Assembly: GCA_021158185.1 (NCBI GenBank) | Contig: JAGGVC010000126.1 | Span: 10,689-74,688, forward strand | Length of the DNA: 64,000 nt | Reading direction: 5' to 3' | Source of the DNA: a bacterium | GTDB taxonomy: Bacteria > 4484-113 > JAGGVC01 | In this document: positions 35,442-44,855 of the stretch, in pieces | Numbering within the stretch: position 1 is the first letter of the stretch | How the letters are laid out: the number at the start of each line of letters is the position of its first letter | Notes under the pieces: generated by a model | What the model was told of the DNA's origin: nothing | The model's input: only the letters and a program-made list of their open reading frames with translations | The model's database searches: none | Position numbers and translations under genes: made by a program

Positions 35442-36479
35442 CTAGTTCCCGATATATTTGGAGATGAATGAGCGCAGTTTTGTTTCATCATCGCTGCCTT
35501 CGAGTGTCACTCGTCCGTGGCTGAATACCGTGTAAACGAGCGAGTTCGACTCATCCATCGCGCGGATAAGGTACGGATTGACACTCACATTAAAATCCGC
35601 GCCTAGTGTATCTGTGAGGGATGAAGGCGCAATTTCGGTATCGAGGCTTATCGCTATGGCGTTTTGGCCGCAAACGGAGATTGCCCGATTATCTCCTTTG
35701 CTGTCGAGAAACTCAAACTTTCCCTGACATGTAGGGCATTCAGGATTTTGCGCGGCACTCGCACCGAGAATTCGAAGAGACGAGCCTTCCACGCCAAGCC
35801 TCACTTCAATAACAGCACCGGTATTCTCGGTCTCATTGCCGATCAGGATGCCGATTGCCGCATCCACCATCAATGCTGAAAGAAACGGAATAATCGGCAG
35901 ATGGACGCCGTAGGCATCGCACGTACGAACGGTGCCGGGTTCTGGCGGCTCCGGTATGAGGCATCTCAGACAACTCGTTTTTCCAGGGACGACGACCTTC
36001 ATAGACGCTTCGGATTCGACGAGTCCGCCGTAGATATATGGCACAGAGTTTTTCATACACCAGTCGTTAATGATGAAACGAGTGGCGAAATTATCGAGTC
36101 CATCAATAACGATGTCGCTTCCTGAGAGCAGTTCGTCTGCGTTATTACTCCTGATATCGTCGAATAGCGACTTGGTGTTTATATCCGAGTTCACTGTAGA
36201 GATATATTCGGTTGCTGAGACGACTTTAGGCGTGAGTTGAGCGATGTGGTGTTCAAACACAAGCGCTTGGTGCGCCAAATTTGTCTCATCCATAACATCG
36301 CGGTCGATAAGCCTGATTTCGCCGACGGGGTAACGTGCGAGCATTGTAATGATGCTGCCCCCAAGCCCTCCGCAGCCGGCAACAGACACTTTCGCATCGC
36401 GCAGACGCGACAGACCGCTTTCTCCAAGCCCATGATACCTTCCAAGGCGGTCGTAACGCTTTGACTTAATTGAGATCAC
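35442..36479 (-). CDS. ThiF/MoeB/HesA-family E1-like adenylyltransferase with two CxxC zinc motifs and a ~95-aa C-terminal extension
   Basis: Nucleotide-binding motif VAGCGGLGGS, plus CLRC and CPTC zinc pairs. An extra C-terminal region of unknown function is present. Confidence 0.7.
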   Translation of the reverse strand: MISIKSKRYDRLGRYHGLGESGLSRLRDAKVSVAGCGGLGGSIITMLARYPVGEIRLIDRDVMDETNLAHQALVFEHHIAQLTPKVVSATEYISTVNSDINTKSLFDDIRSNNADELLSGSDIVIDGLDNFATRFIINDWCMKNSVPYIYGGLVESEASMKVVVPGKTSCLRCLIPEPPEPGTVRTCDAYGVHLPIIPFLSALMVDAAIGILIGNETENTGAVIEVRLGVEGSSLRILGASAAQNPECPTCQGKFEFLDSKGDNRAISVCGQNAIAISLDTEIAPSSLTDTLGADFNVSVNPYLIRAMDESNSLVYTVFSHGRVTLEGSDDETKLRSFISKYIGN

Positions 36480-36618
36480 CAGTTCATTCTAGCAAACAGG
36501 GGAATTTCGATATCTTCCAAGATAGGATGGTGAACCTGCGGAGATTGGACTCATAAGACAGCGCGCTATCAAGAATCATAAAACTGGAAGCGTCCAAGGT
36601 TCCGTTTGAAGCCTATGC

Positions 36619-37722
<1,104 letters not shown>

Positions 37723-37784
37723 TCAGCATACTCTCCCGTTGAAACACCGCATTTGAGATGGAAACGCCATCCCTGAGAAGATGC

Positions 37785-38279
37785 CTAATCATTGCTTCTC
37801 AAGTACATCAGCACTGGGCTTTCGTCCAAGATGAATGCAATCGAATCAGCTGACTCAAGGATAGAATTCCATTCGGGAACGCTGATATTCTTGATTAAGG
37901 GTACCGTGAGATCGAAAATCGGGTCGTCTCCTTCAAGGGCGGTAAGCAGATTTCCACAGATTACATTAAGCACTTCCTTCAATGCATCTTCAGCGTGGCC
38001 TATGACGATCTCATCATCGATATCCATCCCAAGAACGTTCGCCGCGATTTCCGAACATACATCAGTCGGTACGACAATTCCGAGGGTTCCCGACCTCGGG
38101 CCTTTGAATGTCATATAAGCCTCGGTGCAGTCGGATGACGGCTCTGGTATCTCATCCTTCGGAACAGCATCCCCGAACATGAAGGCAAGTTTCTCCAGAA
38201 CGTCAATAAAGACACTCTTGGCAATATCTCTGTTGTTTTCAGCTTCCATCCTGTACCCCCAGAATATCATCGACAACAT
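37785..38279 (-). CDS. cheX: CheC/CheX-family chemotaxis phosphatase (CheX-like)
   Basis: About 155-aa CheX-like protein (…ICGNLLTALEG…). It lies between cheY and cheB. The start may be the internal Met at about 38249. Confidence 0.5.
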   Translation of the reverse strand: MLSMIFWGYRMEAENNRDIAKSVFIDVLEKLAFMFGDAVPKDEIPEPSSDCTEAYMTFKGPRSGTLGIVVPTDVCSEIAANVLGMDIDDEIVIGHAEDALKEVLNVICGNLLTALEGDDPIFDLTVPLIKNISVPEWNSILESADSIAFILDESPVLMYLRSND

Positions 38280-38628
38280 TCTTCAAAAGCTCAGGGGTGA
38301 ACGGCTTGCGCAAATATGCGCTAACCCCTTTCTGCTTGAGTTGCTCCATTCGAGTCTTACTGCCTTCGGTTGATACGATTACAACCGGAACTGATTTCAG
38401 AAGTCCGTCTTCACTCATTTTGTCGATCATCTCTACGCCCCCCATTACAGGCATATTAATGTCGGCGAAAATAAGGTCGATCCAGTTGTCAGCAAGGATA
38501 TCAAGAGCTTCCTTGCCGTTGGCAGCCTCATAAAGCTGTCCTACTGGTATTTCGGCCAGCTTCAGCGTTTTCCTTATTACTGCCCTAACCGTGGAAGAAT
38601 CATCCACAACAAGAATATTTAGAGCCAT
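38239..38628 (-). CDS. cheY: Chemotaxis response regulator CheY
   Basis: 129-aa single receiver domain (ILVVDDSSTVR…DLIFADINMP…K). Confidence 0.85.
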   Translation of the reverse strand: MALNILVVDDSSTVRAVIRKTLKLAEIPVGQLYEAANGKEALDILADNWIDLIFADINMPVMGGVEMIDKMSEDGLLKSVPVVIVSTEGSKTRMEQLKQKGVSAYLRKPFTPELLKNVVDDILGVQDGS

Positions 38629-38640
38629 AATGACCTCCGT

Positions 38641-39486
38641 CTACTGGTTGAACCAGCTGTGAAATCCCTCAAGCCCAGTAACGATTTGCATAACAACAGG
38701 CTCGGTGATTTTGGGTTTAAGGTTGTATTTCTCGACAATAATACGTGATGGACGATAATTCAGTCCGTCCATGCCTGAGCCGATACCGCCTAACAGACAT
38801 AGATTATTTGCCAGGTGTACCATTTCAAGCACCTGTGATCCATGCTCAGCCTCATCAGGAATATGATGGTATCGCACGATCTCGGTGATATCGGTAGGGA
38901 GCTTCCATGCAGCCAGGAGCAAAGAACCAACTTCGGCGTGGTCTATGCCCAGAATTTCCCTTTCTGCTGCATCAAAGCTGACGCCTTCATTGAATGCAAG
39001 CTGCATTATTGGACTCGCGTCCACTTCGATAAACGTACCCATGATGATCTTGCCGATATCATGAAGCAGTCCGGCCGTGAATGCATGATCGGGAAGCTTC
39101 AGATTAAGAGCCAATCCCATCTTTTCTGTGCCAATTGCGACTGCAACGGCGTGCGTCCAAAGATCGCCTGCGGGAAGATCGTAGCCTTTCACGGCTTTAC
39201 TGGCAATTGGCGCAATAGCGGACGCGATTACGAGTTGCGAAATCCGGTTTGTACCGAGTCTGATAGCTGCTTCGCGAACTGAGTTAACTTTGCGGGGCAT
39301 ACCGAAGTATGCGGAATTTGCCAGCTTCAGGAGGTTTGCAGTAAGCCCTGGATCGAATTCGATAATTTTCGTCAGCTCACCGATGTCTATGTCAGGATCC
39401 TGGATCATATTCAGTATTTGAACCGCGGATGCAGGCAGTCCTTGGAGACTTCTGATCCGTTCAATTATCTCGTTCCTTCGACTCAA
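38641..39486 (-). CDS. HDOD domain signalling protein
   Basis: HDOD signatures (…LPASAVQILNMIQDPD…LANSAYFG…HDIGK). Confidence 0.8.
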   Translation of the reverse strand: MSRRNEIIERIRSLQGLPASAVQILNMIQDPDIDIGELTKIIEFDPGLTANLLKLANSAYFGMPRKVNSVREAAIRLGTNRISQLVIASAIAPIASKAVKGYDLPAGDLWTHAVAVAIGTEKMGLALNLKLPDHAFTAGLLHDIGKIIMGTFIEVDASPIMQLAFNEGVSFDAAEREILGIDHAEVGSLLLAAWKLPTDITEIVRYHHIPDEAEHGSQVLEMVHLANNLCLLGGIGSGMDGLNYRPSRIIVEKYNLKPKITEPVVMQIVTGLEGFHSWFNQ

Positions 39487-39959
39487 AGCTCACTCTCCTT
39501 ACCGCCTGACTTGACAATCGTTTTGCCAGTTGCCATTTGAAGGTACATAGTTCTTGCAATTGTGCCGCCGATGTCTTCCGATTTGATGAGGATATTGTTC
39601 TTCCAGAGGATTTTTCGCAAGACCGTATAGTTCCTTTCGCCGATCTTGAAAAGCCCCTTTGCATCCAGAAGCGAAGCAGCTCCAGCAACCTTGGCGATGA
39701 GTCGTTTTCTCTCTGCACCCAGCCTGTATACTTCCGTCAGGAGTTCAGGTATTCCGGTATCAACAAACATGCACGGGTTTGTATCAGCCTTCTTGCGATC
39801 AATTTTGGACAGTGGGAGCATGCAATGTATGAGTCCGCCGACCAATACGACAGGATCATATACTGCAAGGCCGATGCATGAGCCAAGAGAGTATGTTACG
39901 AGAATGTCGTCGCTCTGGGTTGAAACTCGCATGTCTGAAATTCCAATTGTATACTGCAC
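39483..39959 (-). CDS. cheD: Chemoreceptor glutamine deamidase CheD
   Basis: …YSLGSCIGLAVYDPV…GGLIHCMLP is a CheD signature. Confidence 0.85.
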   Translation of the reverse strand: MQYTIGISDMRVSTQSDDILVTYSLGSCIGLAVYDPVVLVGGLIHCMLPLSKIDRKKADTNPCMFVDTGIPELLTEVYRLGAERKRLIAKVAGAASLLDAKGLFKIGERNYTVLRKILWKNNILIKSEDIGGTIARTMYLQMATGKTIVKSGGKESEL

Positions 39960-40018
39960 GTTACAACTCCGTGTTCCAGAAATAAGTCCGCGCTTATGTC
40001 AACAGTACAACAGCAGAA

Positions 40019-40840
40019 CTATCCCTGCTTTATGTACGTCGCAGGTCTGACAGTTTTGAAATCGCTAACAATGCCTGTCAGGCTTTCTGAATGGCCTACA
40101 AACAAGTATCCGCCGGGTTTCACTAAACGGTAAATCTCGCTGAGGAGATTCCTGCGTACAACATTATCGAAGTAAATCATGACATTGCGGCAGAAAACCA
40201 CATCCATCGGGCCCCTCATAGGAAACGGAGGGGTGGCGAGATTCAGCCGCTTATATACTATCATTCTTTTCAGCTCATCCTTGACATGGTATAGAGCTCC
40301 GTCTGCGGTTTTTTCTTTTGTGAAGTATTTATGTTTCAGCATAGGGGGTACGGTTTCCAATTTTTTGGCCTGATACGCTCCGAGCATTGCCTTGTTAATG
40401 ACCTTTGTTGAAATATCGGTTGCAAGAATCCTTATGTCGCAGTTATGCCCTTCTGAAACCTCCTTGAGCGTTATTGCCATGCTGTATGGCTCTTCACCGC
40501 TGCTACATCCTGCCGACCAGAATCGGAACTTGCGTTGTCCATTCTCAAGCCATTTTGATGCCAACTGGGTGAGAAGCTCGAAATGGTGGGTTTCGCGATA
40601 GAAACTCGTCACATTCGTAGATATTGCATCAAGCAGATGTACGATTTCCTCGCCGGATTTATCTTGGCTAAGATATCTAAGATACGTCGCAAAATCACCG
40701 TGTTCAATACCGAGAGCGCGAATTCGCTTGGCAACCCTTGCGGATACGAGTGCTTCCTTGCCCGGTTTCAAAGCAATTCCACTTTTCTCGTAGACAATCT
40801 TGACGAACTTATTGAATATTACCTTTTCCATTCTGCTCAC
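40019..40840 (-). CDS. cheR: Chemotaxis protein methyltransferase CheR
   Basis: …TSFYRETHHFELL…WSAGCSSGEEPYSMAI… is the CheR SAM-methyltransferase signature. Confidence 0.9.
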   Translation of the reverse strand: MSRMEKVIFNKFVKIVYEKSGIALKPGKEALVSARVAKRIRALGIEHGDFATYLRYLSQDKSGEEIVHLLDAISTNVTSFYRETHHFELLTQLASKWLENGQRKFRFWSAGCSSGEEPYSMAITLKEVSEGHNCDIRILATDISTKVINKAMLGAYQAKKLETVPPMLKHKYFTKEKTADGALYHVKDELKRMIVYKRLNLATPPFPMRGPMDVVFCRNVMIYFDNVVRRNLLSEIYRLVKPGGYLFVGHSESLTGIVSDFKTVRPATYIKQG

Positions 40841-40851
40841 GAATCAAAGCT

Positions 40852-43800
40852 CTACGATGAAGGAATACTCTTTTCATCCACCATTTCCTGCTGATCGGCG
40901 GATCGGTCAGTGGCTGACAGCTTAATGAGCCCGTCGATGTCGAGTATCAAGCCTACGCGGCCATCCGGCATAATCGCTCCTCCGGCAATTCCGGGGATTC
41001 CGCTCATATACTCGCCGAGCGATTTGATAACGATCTGTTGTTGCCCAAGAATATCGTCCACCACAATGCCTATGCGTTTGTTGTCGTTCTCAACGACTAT
41101 CGTAGTTGCCTTTACTATATCGCTCTCAGCGTTCGGAATGCGATAAAGGCCTGCGAGGTGAACAATCGGAATGAGTTCGCCTTGAAAATTCATCACACTC
41201 CCGCGTTCCAGAACACCCGAAATATCATGTTTATCCGGACGGACGGATTGCAGGATAGATAATGTCGGCATAATGTAGCGCTCTCTTCCCACACGAACCA
41301 CCATTCCATCGATAATTGCAAGTGTGAGAGGTAATCTTATGCTGAATACACTACCCTTGCCGGGCTCCGAGGAAACAACGACTTGGCCGCGGATAGCATC
41401 GATGTTCTTTCTGACAACGTCCATGCCTACACCGCGTCCGGATACATCAGTTATCTTTTTTGCAGTTGAAAAACCCGGCTCAAAGATAAGATTGAATATT
41501 TCATTGTCCGATAGCTGATCGCCATCATTGACTAGGCGGCGTTCAACGGCCTTTGCGACAATGGCATCCTTGTCAAGACCGCGCCCGTCATCCTCGATTT
41601 CAATGAAAATACTTCCACCCTTGTGGAAAGCACGCAATTCAACGTTCCCCGCAGATGGCTTTCCTGCAGTGATTCTTTCGTTATGATCGTGTTCGATGCC
41701 GTGGTCGATTGCGTTTCTAACCATATGAACGAGAGGGTCGCCGATACGATCGATCACACTTTTGTCCAGCTCAGTATCTTCACCAACTGTATTGAAGTTC
41801 ACCACTTTACCGGCTTTTTTTGAAAGGTCACGCACAAGCCTAGCCATTTTCTGGAATGTGGGGCGAATCGGTACCATTCGAAGAGAAGTGCCCATTTCCT
41901 GAAGTTGACGCGTTATCTTGTTAAGCTGCCCCATATGGCGTTCGAGTGATTCTGATGCGATCTTGCGAATCTCGTCGGACTGTCCGACCATTGACTCGGC
42001 AATGACAAGTTCACCAATCAGATCCACAAGGCGGTCGAGCCTATCGGCATCGACCTTGAGCGCTTCCTTTATGACAACAGCTTTACCGGTTGCGGGAGCC
42101 TTCTGACCTCGAAGAGCGCGAACGATATCTTTGCCTGATGCTCTCTTTTCGCGCACAAGCACTTCTCCAAGTTTCTTTGGTGGCTTATCCTGTTTTTGAG
42201 CGATCAGGCCATCGACAACATCGTTAGGCGTTATCGTGCCAGTTTCAACGAGGATTTGCCCCAGCTTCATCCCTTTCGGGGCAATAAGCTCGGGTTCGGT
42301 TGCTATGGGCTTACCTTCGGATACCGCCTTAAGATTTTTGATGAGAGGCGAAATAGACCCGTCAAACGGAAGAGGCTTTCCGGTTTCAAGCGCTCTTGAT
42401 ACGTTGGCTACAAGCCGCTTCATCGCATCAATAGCATCGAATATTGTATCGATAACCACTCCCTGCAATACAAGCTCTTTTTTTCTTGACTTGTCAAGCA
42501 GGCTCTCAGCTTCATGCGCAAGCGACTGAATCTGATCTAGATCGAGAAAGCCGGATACGCCTTTTATCGTATGAAATGCCCTGAAAACAGCGTTAACGGC
42601 TTCCTCGTCTTCAGGATTGCCCTCTAGCTTAAGAACGTTCAAGTCTGCGTTATCGAGATGCTCATTCGATTCAGAAATAAAGTCAGTAAGGAGTTCTTCA
42701 TCTAAGCCTGCAAGCGATGTCTCTTTGCCTTCTTCATCTTCAGCAGGAATCTCATTTTCGGCCTTTGCTGCTACTAAATCTGCAGAGCCAGTCGAAAGCA
42801 TGTTGATGATCGAATCCACACTGCCTGGGAGCATGCTCTTTCCCATATATGCATTGATAGTTCGCGCGAGCCAGTCCTTTGCAGCAAAGAGCTCATCAAT
42901 GATCGCTCGCACTCCTCTTTCCGCCAAGGCATCCTCGATAGCATGGCAGAGACGCCCAATTTCCATCAATCCCATAAGGCCCGAGTCGCCCTTCAATGTA
43001 TGAATGAGCCGCTTCAACTGAGCAAGTTTCTCTACGTCATCCTGTCCTTCGAGTGCAAGGATCAGCTCTTCAAGTTCGCGCAATGATGCAGTCTGACTCT
43101 GCAGAAAGTCCTTGAATATTGCTTCATCGACATTCCGTGGAATCTTCGCTGCCAAGCCCGGTTTATCTTCCGTCTTTTCTTCAACGATTCCGCTTACAAT
43201 TTCAGGTGGAAAACCGGCTTCAGCGATTGTTTTGCCTTCGACAAGCACGTTTGTCAGGCTCTTTACCGTGTCTGAAAGGAGGTTTACTGCATGTCCTGTA
43301 TCGTTCACTTCGTCGAGAAGTATCTTCTCGACAAGATCTGCTGCATTCCTGGCAGCAGTTGCACAACGCAATTCCGTCATCTCATCTGCAATGTCCGCAG
43401 CCTTTGTAAATTCGGTATGAAGGTCGGCCAGAGACCTTGGATCGGATATATCCAGTAACTTGATGGCTTTGGCAAGTGTTTTCAAATGAACCGCGGCATC
43501 GATCTCTTCATCGTCTAATTCCGGAACCTCTTCTGTTGGTGTTGGGAGTTGAATATCGTCAAAAGCAAGATTCAGCTCAGGAGGAAAATTTGCCTCGGCG
43601 AATGTTCTGCCATCCGAGAACATTGAAATCAGACTATTGCAGGTCTTACGCACGACAGATATGCCTTTAGCCGGTTCGAATTCCTCAAGCAGGATATTTT
43701 CAACGATATCGGCAGCCGCGCGTGCAGCAGCAGCGGCCTTATCGTCGGATAAATCCTCAGCGGCTTCTCCAACTCCGGTAATAATTGTATGAAGGTCTGC

Positions 43801-44265
43801 GAGTGCACGAGGATCACCTGCATCAGTTGATGTAGTCATTGTCAGCAGAGTTTCAAGAAGAGCTGTGATTTCTCCTTCTTCCCCTGGCGGCTCCTCGGAT
43901 GCTTCCACTATTTTTGCCTCTGCGGATTCAACATCCAGTTCAGCGGGGAAGTGCGATTCATCGAACGTGCGACCGTCAATAAACATCATCTGAAGGCCCG
44001 ATGCAACCTTTCCTACTAGGTCCATTCCCTTCTCAGCATCAATATCTTCAAGAAGAACCTGCTCGACAATATCAGCGGCAAGGTGCGCCGCCGCCGCAGC
44101 TTTCGATTCTGTCAAATCCTCTGCAACGTCCTCAACTTGCATAAGAAGAGTGTGAAGATCGGCAAGGGATCTCGGATCCGATCGATCGGTGAAGACTATC
44201 GTTTCGGATAGTTTTTTCAGGAGTTCCTCAATTTTTCCATCTTCCGATTCGGGTGTCTTTGGCAT
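40852..44265 (-). CDS. cheA: Chemotaxis histidine kinase CheA (1137 aa) with three N-terminal ~110-aa repeats, two Hpt domains, dimerisation, HATPase and C-terminal CheW-like domains
   Basis: Hpt motifs HTLKGDSGLMG and FHTIKGVSGFLDL. HATPase G-boxes (DDGRGLD, GRGVGMDVV). A CheW-like C-terminus. Three N-terminal repeats share D(I/A)SDPR(S/A)LADLHT…AEDL…KAAAAA…. Confidence 0.9.
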   Translation of the reverse strand: MPKTPESEDGKIEELLKKLSETIVFTDRSDPRSLADLHTLLMQVEDVAEDLTESKAAAAAHLAADIVEQVLLEDIDAEKGMDLVGKVASGLQMMFIDGRTFDESHFPAELDVESAEAKIVEASEEPPGEEGEITALLETLLTMTTSTDAGDPRALADLHTIITGVGEAAEDLSDDKAAAAARAAADIVENILLEEFEPAKGISVVRKTCNSLISMFSDGRTFAEANFPPELNLAFDDIQLPTPTEEVPELDDEEIDAAVHLKTLAKAIKLLDISDPRSLADLHTEFTKAADIADEMTELRCATAARNAADLVEKILLDEVNDTGHAVNLLSDTVKSLTNVLVEGKTIAEAGFPPEIVSGIVEEKTEDKPGLAAKIPRNVDEAIFKDFLQSQTASLRELEELILALEGQDDVEKLAQLKRLIHTLKGDSGLMGLMEIGRLCHAIEDALAERGVRAIIDELFAAKDWLARTINAYMGKSMLPGSVDSIINMLSTGSADLVAAKAENEIPAEDEEGKETSLAGLDEELLTDFISESNEHLDNADLNVLKLEGNPEDEEAVNAVFRAFHTIKGVSGFLDLDQIQSLAHEAESLLDKSRKKELVLQGVVIDTIFDAIDAMKRLVANVSRALETGKPLPFDGSISPLIKNLKAVSEGKPIATEPELIAPKGMKLGQILVETGTITPNDVVDGLIAQKQDKPPKKLGEVLVREKRASGKDIVRALRGQKAPATGKAVVIKEALKVDADRLDRLVDLIGELVIAESMVGQSDEIRKIASESLERHMGQLNKITRQLQEMGTSLRMVPIRPTFQKMARLVRDLSKKAGKVVNFNTVGEDTELDKSVIDRIGDPLVHMVRNAIDHGIEHDHNERITAGKPSAGNVELRAFHKGGSIFIEIEDDGRGLDKDAIVAKAVERRLVNDGDQLSDNEIFNLIFEPGFSTAKKITDVSGRGVGMDVVRKNIDAIRGQVVVSSEPGKGSVFSIRLPLTLAIIDGMVVRVGRERYIMPTLSILQSVRPDKHDISGVLERGSVMNFQGELIPIVHLAGLYRIPNAESDIVKATTIVVENDNKRIGIVVDDILGQQQIVIKSLGEYMSGIPGIAGGAIMPDGRVGLILDIDGLIKLSATDRSADQQEMVDEKSIPSS
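43209..44208 (-). repeat. Three tandem ~330-nt intragenic repeats encoding the unknown N-terminal repeat domain of CheA
   Basis: DPRSLADLHT, DPRALADLHT and DPRSLADLHT recur at about 110-aa intervals with conserved flanks. Confidence 0.5.
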
Positions 44266-44480
44266 GTGTATTCTCCTGGAAAAAGCTGAAATACTAACGT
44301 TCCCTTAAAAGGTATCCAATCCTACCCTTTTGGACAATTATTTTCAATAGATGTCGTTTTCACCTGTAAAGAAGCGCATGCAGGTTCGCAAGGAAATTAA
44401 GATTTAGATTCGGCGGCATCTCTGTATTTTTCGGGCTTGAAATTGTCTGCGAAAACCGTTATAATTCTACTACCGGGGAT

Positions 44481-44759
44481 ATGGTGTTAAGGAGCATCTC
44501 CGGAGATTATATGATAATCAGTCACAATACTCAGACGCGTTACTGCTCTGAAATCGATGCTCCCGTAAGGGTCACGATTAAGACGAAACTGCCAATGCAG
44601 CGAGGATTGGGCGGTATGCTTCGTCCCAAGAAAGGCGGGTTTACGCAGGTGACATGTGAATTTGAAGAACAGTGCAAAACGGAACGCAGGGATTGCGTAT
44701 GGGCTGTTGGCGCAATGAGAAGCAAGAGAGACCCGATCGAGCTTAATATCCCTATTTAG
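44481..44759 (+). CDS. Hypothetical small Cys-containing protein in the ~590-nt cheA-mutS intergenic region; doubtful
   Basis: Open frame only. The ribosome-binding-site context is weak. Confidence 0.15.
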   Translation: MVLRSISGDYMIISHNTQTRYCSEIDAPVRVTIKTKLPMQRGLGGMLRPKKGGFTQVTCEFEEQCKTERRDCVWAVGAMRSKRDPIELNIPI

Positions 44760-44855
44760 TCGCTATCACTGAAATCAGCTATAATCACCTCGAGGGCGAA
44801 ATGCCTTCGTTTTTTTTGCCGTATTCATAAAGGCAGTTTTCGTCGTCGGCATGCG

